Positions 12,129 to 24,349 are shown, counted from the first letter of the whole stretch. The stretch is DNA of 60,270 bases, filler included, from Globobulimina sp. (GCA_003354225.1; 15 parts of 15 records of this genome joined end to end with filler, not necessarily neighbours in it), one strand, 5' to 3'. A program made the numbers and translations. Notes: generated from the letters alone by a model not told the origin.

Positions 12129-12217
12129 CCTCAGCCTCAGGATTTGAACCTGAATCTTCTGGACGTAACCATTCATTCATTGATTTCATTCCAGTGCTCT
12201 TCTTGAGCTAAGCCACA
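12129..12217 (-). pseudogene. tRNA-like sequence, probably a decayed intron-containing tRNA gene
   Basis: Minus strand shows TA-GCTC-AAGAA-GAGC (D arm), CTGGA...TCCAG (anticodon stem around a 26-nt loop) and TCAGG-TTCAAAT-CCTGA (perfect T arm). The acceptor stem pairs poorly, the D-loop lacks GG and no T-run terminator follows. Confidence 0.5.
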
Positions 12218-12294
12218 ATTCATATGCTGGACTGTTTCATTTTTTCTTTTATTTTAAGCTGGTTTGAAGCTTTAAATCTTAACTCATTTTGATC

Positions 12295-12768
12295 ATGTCA
12301 GGCACTTTTGATTTTACTGAAACGTATAGAACTACAAAAAAAAGGAGGAAGGAATTCAAAGCTATCGAAGAGGACATAGATGCATCCAATGTCATTGATG
12401 AGTACATACGAAAAGAAGCAGCATTGGAACATCATGATGATGATAAGGAGCACAATGAAATCGACATTGAAAACAAAACTAAATTGAATGAAATAGATAA
12501 TAAAATAAAACAAAGTGACATTAAAATGTCAAACAAATTGAGCTCATCATATGGCAAAGTCGTTAGAAAAGGAGGTCACTTAAAATTGAAATTTAAAAGT
12601 AAATCTTCAAAAAAAACCAAAATGATGTCGTTGAGGAAATCCATTGATAAAAACGCGAAAAACAAGAAGAAGAAATCTAAGAAAAATAAAACTTTGCGAA
12701 TCCGGTCAGCAGAGGCTTTGTTAGACGAAAGGGTTAAAAAAAAGACTGATAAATTTGCATGGTTTTGA
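12295..12768 (+). CDS. Small lysine-rich hypothetical protein (possibly nuclear/nucleolar)
   Basis: Intact ORF from ATG 12295, K-rich, ending LLDERVKKKTDKFAWF. Confidence 0.55.
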   Translation: MSGTFDFTETYRTTKKRRKEFKAIEEDIDASNVIDEYIRKEAALEHHDDDKEHNEIDIENKTKLNEIDNKIKQSDIKMSNKLSSSYGKVVRKGGHLKLKFKSKSSKKTKMMSLRKSIDKNAKNKKKKSKKNKTLRIRSAEALLDERVKKKTDKFAWF

Positions 12769-12879
12769 ATTTTGATCAACGAATGAATTCATTGTTTAAT
12801 TATTTAACAAAGCTGGTATCCTTGCACTATAAATGGATTATTGACGGATAATTTAGATTTTTTACACTTATAAGAAAAA

Positions 12880-14523
12880 ATGTTTACAATGCCTAAGAAG
12901 CGTAATTTCGAAGCGATTGAGTTTAAAATTGAGGATATTAATAATAACAGCAATGAACCACACCAGAAACGTCAAAAAATGGAAGCTAATAAACATGCCA
13001 ATAATATAAATCTCATCAAACAAGAAACCCAATCAACAGTCGATGGTGGTATTCAATGCATGATATATCCGTTAATTACCAAACCAAGAAATAATAATAT
13101 TAAAGAAGTGTGTCATCCAGAAACAGCCATCCTGTCCAATTTAACCAAAGCAACCAAATCTATCCGGATTTCAATGGCATACTGGAAATCCCTCTCTTTT
13201 TCTGAGCAAATCAAACAACTCATTTGCAACAACAACGCTTTGAAGCATGTCAAATGGGAAATAATTTTAAGTGCAGAAAGTATTCACAACAAAGAATATT
13301 TCAAAGCAACCAAAATATTATGTGATATTGCAAACGATGAACGATATTCAAATCGTTTTCAATGTAAAATAGTTTCTGGTTTGGCGTATTTTGCTAAAAT
13401 GCATTGGAAATGGATCAGTATCGATAGCTATGTCTATTACATTGGCAGTTGGCAACCAACGCATTGCGCATCATATCAAAATGAAGAAATTGGTCAGATT
13501 CTCGCAACCAAAACAAAGCAAGCCATCAAAATTTGGGAAGCACAGTTTGAACAACAATGGAACTATAAAGATTCCATCAATTTAATTGAATGTATGAATG
13601 TCATTAAAGAGAGAGAAACTAATCCTCAATTACTTGAATTGCAAAATAAAATTGATAACTTAAACAAATCCAAAGCGGAGATCGAAAAAGAAATCGCTGA
13701 ATGCCGAAGACAAATATTGCAGAAATTGAATGTTGTTCCAACAATAAATGACAGCAACGGAAAACCAAAAAAAAATGCAAAAACGGATAAAAATGGAGCT
13801 GATTTGGATTGTTTTGGGAGGATTGTTAAGTTTGACCCAAAATTTAATTTTGAACATTATTTTGAGAAAGTTGTTCCAGCGCAAGATTATAAAATCAATT
13901 TTGCGAAAGCCAAAATAAAGCGTTTTAATGTTGGTGATTTTGTATTTTTTCAGTTTCACAGTCATATCCGATATATTTCAACCGTTGTACAAGGAATGTA
14001 TGATGATCACGATTGGGACAGTAAGACATATCCGAAGTGTCCATTGGCGTTTAAAGTGGACAAAAATAATTTTATTAAAGTTGATTATTGTATGCGAGGT
14101 ACACAGCAAAATAAGAGCAGAGCTTGCAATAAATTGACAAAACAGCAATGCATTGATTTGAAGAAGAAATGTTTGAATGGAAAGGGTTTATTGGATGGGG
14201 GCTTCGAAAATAATGCAAAGATTGATACAGAGAATATATTGCATAGAGAATCAAATGAATATGAAAACGAAACTGGCTTTATTGCTGATGATGATATTGG
14301 ATATATTCACAAAACGCAAAGCAAAAATTATGATGATGATGATGATGATGATTATTATGATGATGGGGATAACGATGAGGATTTTGAAGGATATATGGAT
14401 GATTATATGATTTCAAATAATAATAACATGTACAAGAAATCAAGAAAAACAAGTTATAATTTGCGGAGCTATGTGAATCAGAGTGATGATTATATGATAG
14501 ATTCTGATGAGGATGATATGTAA
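12880..14523 (+). CDS. Single-HKD phospholipase D-superfamily nuclease-like protein (Nuc/Zucchini type) with coiled coil and C-terminal beta domain
   Basis: LTKATKSIRISMAYW followed by MHWKWISIDSYVYYIGSWQ...NEE fits HxK(x4)D(x6)GSxN with N->Q; FEQQW helix; intronless. Confidence 0.75.
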   Translation: MFTMPKKRNFEAIEFKIEDINNNSNEPHQKRQKMEANKHANNINLIKQETQSTVDGGIQCMIYPLITKPRNNNIKEVCHPETAILSNLTKATKSIRISMAYWKSLSFSEQIKQLICNNNALKHVKWEIILSAESIHNKEYFKATKILCDIANDERYSNRFQCKIVSGLAYFAKMHWKWISIDSYVYYIGSWQPTHCASYQNEEIGQILATKTKQAIKIWEAQFEQQWNYKDSINLIECMNVIKERETNPQLLELQNKIDNLNKSKAEIEKEIAECRRQILQKLNVVPTINDSNGKPKKNAKTDKNGADLDCFGRIVKFDPKFNFEHYFEKVVPAQDYKINFAKAKIKRFNVGDFVFFQFHSHIRYISTVVQGMYDDHDWDSKTYPKCPLAFKVDKNNFIKVDYCMRGTQQNKSRACNKLTKQQCIDLKKKCLNGKGLLDGGFENNAKIDTENILHRESNEYENETGFIADDDIGYIHKTQSKNYDDDDDDDYYDDGDNDEDFEGYMDDYMISNNNNMYKKSRKTSYNLRSYVNQSDDYMIDSDEDDM

Positions 14524-14858
14524 TTGTGTATTGAGTGTATAATTATATTATGCTTTAATTAATTTTATGCAGACACAACCACTGCAGTAACAACTATTGA
14601 GCTAATGTTCATTGTGGTGAATGGTGATCGGAATAAATTAGCGTCAAAAGTTGAAATCCCATCACCGAAATTAAAATCGAATGAAACAACTCAACGAATT
14701 GGTATCTGAATCATCATTGTTGTCTCATAGTTTTGATTACAATGAATAAAGGCAATTGATTTGGACTCAAAAACGAGTGTTTTTGTGTTTGTATTAATAT
14801 ATTTTATGAAATTTCTACACTAGCTGCAGTCACAACTATTGCTAATTTATTGTTTATA

Positions 14859-15752
14859 TCAATTTATGTCATTTTGCATTTCTTGAATGATATCCCATTT
14901 ATTATACTTTACAAGCAACTCAACAAGTTTTCCATTTGAATCCTTTGTAATTGGTGTTGGAAATGGATAATAATTTGGAATAATTGAAGCATTGCCATAA
15001 TTATTATCGATTTCCAATTTCAAAACCTCCTCAATCGTTTCTCGAATATCTGCGATCCCAATCACTTGATTTACATTTAATTGCGGCACAACAATAACAT
15101 TATATTTATCAGCAACAATATAATCAAATGGACAGCAAACAATATTCCCATTCAAATTAATAACTTCATTGACACTCCATGGTATTTGTGTGGATGGTCC
15201 TTGTTTGCAGGTTATCGACGAGGCATAGATGGGAATGTTGTATGTTGCCACTGTGCCAATGTCACGGATACCGCCATCACAAATAATTGTACTTATATTT
15301 TTGCTGTTTTTTAACATGGACAATTTTATATCGCCACCAATGGATTCATATTGGCCCACTGTTTCCATTGCGATTGAATATTTATAATTATTGGCACTCT
15401 CAACCATATTAAAGGCATAATATTCAGGCGAATCATATCCGTTTGGTTTGTAACTCATTAAATCGTTTCTGAACGGAACAAATCTTAAAGTTATAGCCAA
15501 ACCAACATAATTTTCATATTGTTCTTCTTTTGTTATTTTATTTATTCCATGCACCATTGGTTGGGGATATTTTAATGTCCATAATGCATCGACAATTGTT
15601 GTCAGTGGAAGTACTTTTAATTTTGAGGTGGTTGATAAGTAAGTGTTTGAATCTGGCGGTTTAAATGCATAAAATCCATGTGGTTGTTTAATATTTTGTG
15701 TTATCGGTGCTTTATTCGAACAAAAGTACCTTCTCAAGTGACTGAGTGCCAT
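14859..15752 (-). CDS. RraA / HMG-aldolase family protein with putative mitochondrial presequence
   Basis: TTIVDAL, GLAITLRFVP, GGDI, IICDGGIRD and PFDYIVAD..VIVVP motifs; Arg-rich, acid-free N-terminus MALSHLRRYFCS. Confidence 0.8.
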   Translation of the reverse strand: MALSHLRRYFCSNKAPITQNIKQPHGFYAFKPPDSNTYLSTTSKLKVLPLTTIVDALWTLKYPQPMVHGINKITKEEQYENYVGLAITLRFVPFRNDLMSYKPNGYDSPEYYAFNMVESANNYKYSIAMETVGQYESIGGDIKLSMLKNSKNISTIICDGGIRDIGTVATYNIPIYASSITCKQGPSTQIPWSVNEVINLNGNIVCCPFDYIVADKYNVIVVPQLNVNQVIGIADIRETIEEVLKLEIDNNYGNASIIPNYYPFPTPITKDSNGKLVELLVKYNKWDIIQEMQNDIN

Positions 15753-16459
15753 GTAGGAAGTGAAGAGTTTTTTTTTATGCCTTGTTTTTTAACAATATAT
15801 TATCCAATGTACGAAAAAAAAATATGGTCAAACGTTTGATGAATTTTAAAAGTACCTCTTATCCGATACACACATACATATAATATTGTTAGCATATGCT
15901 ACTTATTATGATTGGCCACAAGGTGTGCAATGACTCTATGAAAAGAATCATAATGATAGAAATTAAACTAAATTTAAATTAATATATATAATTTTAATTT
16001 TTTTTTTTTTTANNNNNNNNNNNNNNNNNNNNNNNNNNNNNNNNNNNNNNNNNNNNTTAATTAATTAANNNNNNNNNNNNNNNNNNNNNNNNNNNNNNNN
16101 NNNNNNNNNNNNCGTCAACAATACATAATAATAATAATAAAAGTGGTATCGAAACCAGATGGTCGTGCATTCGTGTATTGTATAATTAGTTTTTGTTTGT
16201 ATTTGATGTGTTGCTACACGTTTGGACTTTGGATGTAAAATATATTACAAGAACGAAATGTTTTCTTGTTGATATGATTGGAGGTAACCAACGGTTTGAA
16301 GATGGTGTTTGGTGCGAATGATGTAGTGAGTATAAATCGATTTAATCTGTTGATGAAACTTCAAACATCTTTTACTAAACTTAACCAACTTGCTTTTCTT
16401 CCATCCTTTCGTGTCGACTACGTGCTTTCCAACAACAACAAGTCAATTACTCGTCAAAC

Positions 16460-18132
16460 ATGAATCGTAGTCAACGCGGTGTCCATAATTCACGTAAACG
16501 CGATTCGCACCCACTTTCTACCGATATCAAACCGTTCACCGCAGACGGTATATTAATTTGTATTTATAATATTTTAAATTATCATAATAAATATATTATA
16601 TATACATACAACACAGAACAACTGCAACTACGCGCTGCCTTATTGGAGTCAGCCGAGATGAAGACCTTAAATCAAGTCGACACCGCATCCCTCAGATTAC
16701 TTTTACTAAAACGCAAAATTCAACTTTGTTGCGTGGAATGTAACTGGCATAAAAAAAACGACCCCATCGAATCCAAATTAATCTCAAACAAACGGAGGAT
16801 TTTATTAGAAATCTTAGAGTTTTACGGCCAGCGCAAGTTTAAATCCTTGGATTTATTGCACGAATCTTTCAAATTATTATGGCTGAATTTATTTCGTGCC
16901 TTACCCGATCCAAATGCCATACGAACCTCTCCCAGCGACGACGAGATGGACTTTCGTGAGGTTTGAAAAAAACAAAATATTTTTTTTGTATTACATTATT
17001 TGCAAACACAAACCACGAAACACATAAACCCAACGCAGCCATCCTGGGACCACTTGGTGTTAATTTACGAGATCGCGTTCCATGTCGTGACCAACACCGA
17101 GATCGACAAGAAAATAATGCAAAATGAATTACGTGGCAAATTCTTACAAAACTTAGTGAATCTCTTCAAGTCCTTAGACGACCGCGAACCGCAATATGTG
17201 AAAATAATCCTGCACGCCATCTACGGCAGATTCATGTCGTTACGCCGCGACATTCGCGCCTATCTCTCGCAATATTGCTACACATACATTTATCAGACCG
17301 TGTGCGAATTGTACGACAGCAACACCTCCATTTCCTGGCAAGGCGTGCCCGAGATATTGGCGATATTTTGCAGTATCATCCAAGGCCTAAACGTTCCCGT
17401 TAAGAACGACTACCACTTATTGCTGCGCAACGTGTTGGTGCCCTTGCATAAGACGTACCATTTGGACGCTTTCCACGAAGAGTTGGTGCAATGCTGCACG
17501 CAGTTCATCATCAAAGACGCGGCGTGCGCTGCGGTGATCTTAGGCGGAATGTTGAAGTTCTGGCCCACGATGAGCCCCCTGAAGGAGCAGCTGTTCATCG
17601 ACGAAATCGTGCATTTGCTGTCTGCGGCGGCGGACTATATTGAGCTGATTGGGACCGGCGGACAGAATCCGCGCTTTAATGAGATTGTTGTGGCGGTGTT
17701 GCACAAATTGTGCGCGTGTATGTGCAGTGAGCACCATCAGGTGGCGGAGCGCGCGGTTTTGATTTGGAAGGAAGATGCGCTCAAATTGTGTTTGAATGTG
17801 TACGGCGATAAATGTTGGCCCAAACTGTACCAAACGATGAGTAGAATGACGCAGAAGTACTGGTTGGTGGAGATAAGGAACATTACCAAGTCTGTGTTGA
17901 ATGAGTTGCAAGCGACCAATGCGCGCTTTTTTAATCAGAAGCAGTATTTGAAATTTATGCGACAGAAGAAATACGATGAAAAATCGAAGCGAAAAGTTAA
18001 TTTTTCTTTGTTTTTTGCTTTGTTGCTTTGTGCTGATTGGTTTGTTAATTGTTTTTTTTGTAAAAGGAAAGAGAATGCAGATGGAAAAAAGTGAGGCAAC
18101 TTGCAATTCATCAAATTAATATTAATAAATGA
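16460..18132 (+). CDS. PP2A regulatory subunit B' (B56), 4 exons (introns 16548-16616, 16961-17038, 17996-18066)
   Basis: Spliced product has NLFRALP, EPSWDHLVLIYE, LFKSLDDRE, LHAIYGRF, LKFWP, SEHHQVAERA and a final ERECRWKKV exon. Confidence 0.9.
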
Positions 18133-18588
18133 TTTAATTTTGTTTTGGGTGATTGTATATTTTTGTATTGATTTAAGTGTTGAAAGTATATATTTTTTTA
18201 TTTTTTTTTATCTGATCTGAATTATTACGCTATTTCCAGGCTTGTTGTTTGGTTTTAGTTTAGTTTTTAGTTTTTTCTATTTCCCAATATATTATTTATA
18301 TATATTTGATTTATATTTTTTTTCCTGCAAAGTGTTTATAGTGTTATTGTTTTGTACCACGGCTTTCCTTCACTCTGCTTTTTTTTTTTATTTTTCATTG
18401 AATAACATTGTGAATGCTTTTGATTTTTTTATATTATATTTTTTCAGAATTTATTTTTACCATTTCCACCATATAAATCAAAAAGATGATCAAAATGACA
18501 GCTGTAGCAATTATGACTAAATATATGAAAAAAAATAGAAATGGTTTATTTTTAGCTACTTTCCACAACACGCCCTCAATTGCGAAGC

Positions 18589-19988
18589 ATGTCACCTCTT
18601 GGTTTGCTTCTTATTTCTCTGATTGCAAATGCCAGTGCTCAGCCTACGATATGGCCACTTCCTCAATCATATACTAATGGAAGTAGCACTGTAACAGTAT
18701 GCAATACAGATTTTCAATTTACTACAAGCATCGAATCAACCATTCTTAACAATGCAATTGTGAGATTCAAGCATTATTTAAATAATCCACCCTCAATTTT
18801 AAGAACCACCACATTACAAAATATTACCTCGGCGTCCGCAGCACAAATATGTTCGGCAAGAATTACAGTTTCATCATCCAACGATTCTTTGTCATTCGAT
18901 ACAAATGAAAATTATACATTAAAGATTGAGAGCGCATCGATTGAGATAACCGCAGCAACAATTTATGGCGCAATGTTTGCATTAACCACTCTCCAACAAT
19001 TAATTCGTTTTGATCCAAGCACCACAAAATCAAACATAATATCCAATGTTCCGTGGTCGATTACTGATTATCCAGTTTATAAACATCGTGGTGTTATGAT
19101 TGACCCTTCGCGCAACTTCTTGACTGTGAATAAAATCAAAAACGTCTTAAATGGAATGGCAATGAACAAATTGAATGTATTGCATATTCACTTAATCGAT
19201 GCTCAATCTTTTCCATTTTACAGCAAATCCCATCCAGAATTGAGTCAATATGGCGCTTATTCAGCAGATCAAATCTATCAAGCATCAAATCTTTCCGATA
19301 TCGTGTCGTATGCAAAGAATTTCGGCATTCGCGTCATTCCTGAATTCGACTCACCGGGACATACATTTGCAATAAAATTTGGTGCTCCTTCCATTATGGA
19401 TTGTGTTTCTGTGCAAGATAGCATTCCCGCAATGTGCCCTGAACCGCCCTGTGGATATTTAAATGTTTCGGGTCAAGCAGCATATGAGACAATTTTCGAT
19501 GTTTATAAAGATTCATTTGAGATATTTGAGGATGCATATTTCCATATTGGTGCTGATGAAGTGAATGATGAATGTTGGGGCAAGAATACAGCGCAGTTAT
19601 ATACCCAATGGATTTCCTCCATGTGTAATAATGTCCATTTGGTGGGTAAAAAAACACCAATATTATGGTCTGGCAATGTCGCTGTTTCTGCACAAATCGG
19701 ACAGGATAAATTCGACATAATTATGCAAGTTTGGGATAATGCGCAGGATAAATTAGCTGCGCTTAAAAATGGATTTAAAGTTATTGACAGTATTTATACC
19801 TCATATTATTTGGACTGTGGCTTTGGCAGTTGGTTAACGGGCGGGAATAGTTGGTGCGATCCGTACAAAACCTGGCTAAATATAGTTACGTTATAATTAT
19901 TTTGTATTGTATTTAAATTTAATACGTAATGAATATGTTTAATTTTGTATATCTATTCAGTATAATCATAGCTTGACCGATGACGTTT
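18589..19988 (+). CDS. Beta-N-acetylhexosaminidase (GH20), secreted/lysosomal, 3'-partial (intron 19885-19960)
   Basis: Signal peptide; IWPLPQ, HRGVMID.SRNF, KLNVLHIHLIDAQSFP, IPEFDSPGHT, catalytic HIGADEV, YYLDCG and WCDPYKTW. Confidence 0.93.
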
Positions 19989-20139
19989 GTAGTGGCTAAA
20001 GGGGGGTTGGGTGGAGGTGCGGTGCGGTGCCGTGTGGGTNNNNNNNNNNNNNNNNNNNNNNNNNNNNNNNNNNNNNNNNNNNNTTAATTAATTAANNNNN
20101 NNNNNNNNNNNNNNNNNNNNNNNNNNNNNNNNNNNNNNN

Positions 20140-20641
20140 GGTAAAATATGTTGTGGTGGTTGGCATAATATATTATTATCCTTAAATAACAAAGTTTAGA
20201 TCTTTTTGTGTTGTGTTTTGTCTGTCATATACAAATATATTTTAATAAATAAATAAGATATATTGTTTTGGAAGGAATGTAGTGTATCAATGTGGCAATG
20301 GTTCGTATAAAACTGTATATTTACCACAACCAAATGAAACATTAAAAAAGGAAACAATTATTGATATTAAATGTGGTTTATATCATAATATTATTAAAAC
20401 AGAGGATAATAAATATTTTTTATGGGGGAATAATCAATATAATCAATGTTTATATGTATCAACATCACTTCTCTCATATTTTTCCAAGCCGCCAGCAAAT
20501 ATTAAGAAACCATTACTATTTAATTCAAATTATTTTGCTAAAGATAAAGAAATAATTGATATTTATGCTGGATGTTATGAAACACGAATAATAATTGGTA
20601 ATTGTAAAGAAAATAATGAAGATGAAAAAGATAATTTATGA
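20140..20641 (+). CDS. RCC1-repeat protein, C-terminal fragment (intron 20194-20257)
   Basis: KICCGGWHNI, YCFGRN..QCG and DIKCGLYHNII...WGNNQYNQC are RCC1 repeat motifs. Confidence 0.75.
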
Positions 20642-20857
20642 TTTGATACCTGTTTGTTTTGATTGTTTGTTTTCGTGACCAAATACTTGCTTTGTGATGA
20701 TTGGAAAAAAGTAAAACGTAACACATCAAATTCAACGCAACCCCACATTCAATATAAAAAGATTTAAAAAAACATAAATATTATCAACTATAACCCCACA
20801 AAATCTAAAATAAAATACCGAACCACAAAATTAATGAAAAAAGAAAAATTGTTTTTT

Positions 20858-22524
20858 TTATCTACATTCATCAATATTATCAGCATGGATCCAAAATTCA
20901 TGTGTATGCCCTTCATCGTTCAATTTGTACTGAACATTTAGTTGACCTTTATCCATATTAATAATTTCAGCATTCACCCATCCAAATTTATTATGTTTAT
21001 GATAATTTGGCAATTTCACGATTACTTTATCGCCAATGCCAAGATCTTGGATTTGCACTTTATGTATTTCTCTCTCTGTGATATTCCCTAAACTTGCAAT
21101 CAAATGGTAGTCTGCTTCAATATCAATCCATTTGTCCCACATTGAGTTCCATCCAATAAAATGTATTTTAAATTTATCATTTTCTTTATAATTACTTTCA
21201 ATAATTTCCGCTTTTAAAAAGCGCCCAAAATTATCACGTAAATCCATTTTACTGCCAACACCAAATGCTTTTAATTCCTCTGCTTTCAAAAACATATTTT
21301 CTGTCTTAAATGTATCATTATTTGCCATCATATGGCCATGGCTTGAATAACTTGAACAGCTCCAATTGCTTAAACTGCTCGAGGTGCTCACTGTGCTTAT
21401 CCTTCGCAGAGCATTGGTATTAATTTGAAACGCTGATTTCTGACAAATTTTACTGTTTCGTTTGTCATTGTTCATTGCTGCAACTTTGTGATGCTTAGCA
21501 TGCTCATATTTTTGTAATAAAATGGATAATAAATCTGGTTCTGACATAATGCCATCATTACGAACATCCATTAATAAATATTCAATATCAATTTGACGGA
21601 AATCTATCAACGAAATAAAATCTTCAAATAAATCTTGCCATTTTGATATCATACAATCGTTATTATACTCGAATGACATTAATGATGTATTCGATGCATT
21701 GGATGTACTGAAAGTATCCGAGTGTAGCTTTTGCAAAACAATAAAAACAAATTAATTTCATTTAAAATGGAGATTTGGACACGTACGGAAATCTTAACTT
21801 GCTCATTATTTGACGATATTTCCCCACTTTTTGCGCATTCTATTTGTATATTTTCACTATCTTTTATACCTAAAAGTGATTTAAATTTAGTATTAAATTG
21901 CTCTCGACACCATTTGGTCAGCACAGCATAACATTGTTGATTATTTATTAAGTTGTTCGATAATACATAACTACAAAACATTTGTATTTCAAATAGTGAT
22001 GAATCAGTTATCAATCGTTGATCTGATATTATTTCTTCAATATTATTATCAATAAATTGCGAGTTTGAGATGACATTATTGACAAAATAGGATTGGAAAA
22101 GAGCTTTGGGATAAAAAGAAAAGGCTTTTATAACCACAAAATAATCATTGATATCGTCAATATCCATGAAAAACGCACAACATTGTTTTATTAATGATGG
22201 TAATTCGTATTTTACGGAGGAACATAAAATATCAACCACCGTATTATATGTTAATAATGGATTTAAATCGTAAAATGTATCCCTAATAAAACAAAAGGAC
22301 TGCAACGTCATATATTTAAGATAAATCCCTTTTGCTTTATGTTGTCCATTGTCATTTTGTTTTTGATGCTCTTGGAGTAATTTGTTAAAAACTGGCGATT
22401 TTGACGAGAAAATCGAAGATATCCCATTGTGATAGGTCAAATTATTGCCGTTAGCTTCATTACTTTCAACTGCAAAGATGGCCTCATCAAATTGATTCGA
22501 GTCCTCTGCGATCGAAGATAACAT
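20858..22524 (-). CDS. BTB/BACK protein with C-terminal tandem Tudor/MBT-like domains (intron acceptor 21728; donor 21798 or 21786)
   Basis: BTB-like SIFSSKSPVFNKLL and DILCSSVKYELPSLIKQC; BACK-like LIDFRQID; GSKMDLRD...KIHFIGWNSMWDKWI is chromo-barrel/MBT-like. 5' exon not resolved. Confidence 0.7.
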
Positions 22525-22800
22525 TTTTATTTGTATATCTGTTCAGGTCCAATTCAGAAACAGTCGTATCTCAAAAAGAAAGGAAATCAACATACACTAT
22601 CGATGACTATCCAGTGATTCCAGTGAGTCTGGGTGACATTATTGGACAATTAATGAGCAACGCAATTAAAAAAAACTTTTCTTCTTTGTTTTTTTTTAGT
22701 AATAATGATGTCGTCTGATATTTTAGTTTTTAAGCTTATATAGATCGTCATCTAAACAAACAAATTACACGTTATTAACCAACCTATACACATAATCACT

Positions 22801-24065
22801 ATGAACGAAGATGAAAATAACGATAGCGATGATCTATTGGGTGATTTGGGTAATTTCGATGATTTATCAGATGATGATGCCGAGGATGGTATAATGACAG
22901 ATCGTCCATACCGCGCCGCAGAAAAAATCTGCTTTGTCCCGGTGGACCCATTCACAATAAAGGACATCCCATCCAATCGTGTCCCAAATGAGGCAATCAT
23001 CGAAGAAAAAGAACAGCAACACCCAATCTCGCCGAGTATTGACAAAACCAATAAAAACATCCACTTCACCAAAATGGATGATGATGGAAATGAAATGAAG
23101 CTAACCTCGTATCCAAACACCACATTCAATCCTCACCACAACGACTATGGTCCGGGCCAAATCGAGTTAGATTACTCTGACAATGACAGCGACTACGACT
23201 ATGAGTATGAGTACGACAGTTATTCCAGCTCTGACAACGAAGACTATGATCTCAAACAATCCCCCAAAATCAAAAAAAGTGTCAATTTCTCCTCCAACGA
23301 CACCGAGTCTCAGTCGCCGAGAGCCAAAAAGAAGCCGTCCATGAAACGCGAAAACATCTCCCTTCGCAACTTCTTAACCAAACGGGTCTCGCCGTTCAGA
23401 CCCAAAGAGTTCGATATTTGCCTCTTAGTCTCTTCGCCGTTGACCATCAAAACCAAACTGAACTCGGTCCGCTACCGTAACAAATCCAAACGAATGTCGC
23501 GAGCGTACAGCAACACTGCACAAAGCAGCAACAACGAGAAAGAAAGCCTGTTGGAATATATCCGCAACTCTCTCCCGGACCGCCTGGAGCTGCAACAAAG
23601 CGTACGGCAGACTTTGGTGCGCCGCAACATCGGGATGCGATACGGCCATTTCACTGCGACGTGCCAATCCATCCAAGAATTGCGGACTTTCGGCGGCTGC
23701 AAAGTGCTGCAATTCGTGGCTCATTGTTGCAACCCACGGCGCGATAAAGCAGAGTACCCGCAATTATGCAAATCGCTGATTGCCAACGGCATGGCCAGCG
23801 ATTGCAGCTACATATTATTGGAGACCGAGGTGGGTCATCAGAGCGATTACGACGACGATGAAGCGATTTGTTGCTTTGGCAAAGGAGTCTGGTACAAAGC
23901 GGAGGATTTGAAGGCGATGTTTTCCGCCGAATCTACGCAAATTGACTGCATCATCGCGTTGTCGCCGCAACACCAACGCTTGACGCAGGTCTTCAAGACG
24001 TTGGGCTATGACTATATTATCGGCGTAGAGGCGCCAAACAACAACGACCCGTTCAGCACCACGGA
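22801..24065 (+). CDS. Hypothetical protein with acidic N-terminus and degenerate CHAT-like domain, 3'-partial
   Basis: LLVSSPL, KVLQFVAHC, ILLET, AEDLKAMF and FKTLGYDYIIGV occur in the order seen in CHAT domains; the usual SAC motif is absent. Confidence 0.45.
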
Positions 24066-24349
24066 NNNNNNNNNNNNNNNNNNNNNNNNNNNNNNNNNNN
24101 NNNNNNNNNTTAATTAATTAANNNNNNNNNNNNNNNNNNNNNNNNNNNNNNNNNNNNNNNNNNNNCCCTTCGGTAGTAAACAGAAAAGTTTTTTCGAATG
24201 TTTAACCTCCGAACTTAAATGGCAGTAGTCTAATGGATAAGTCGACAATTTATGGACGGGAATTTCTATCCGCTGTATTGAATCGATTAATGAGTGCACA
24301 ATGTTCGGAGTTGGGTAACTATCATAATTTGCTGTTCTAAAGTATATAA

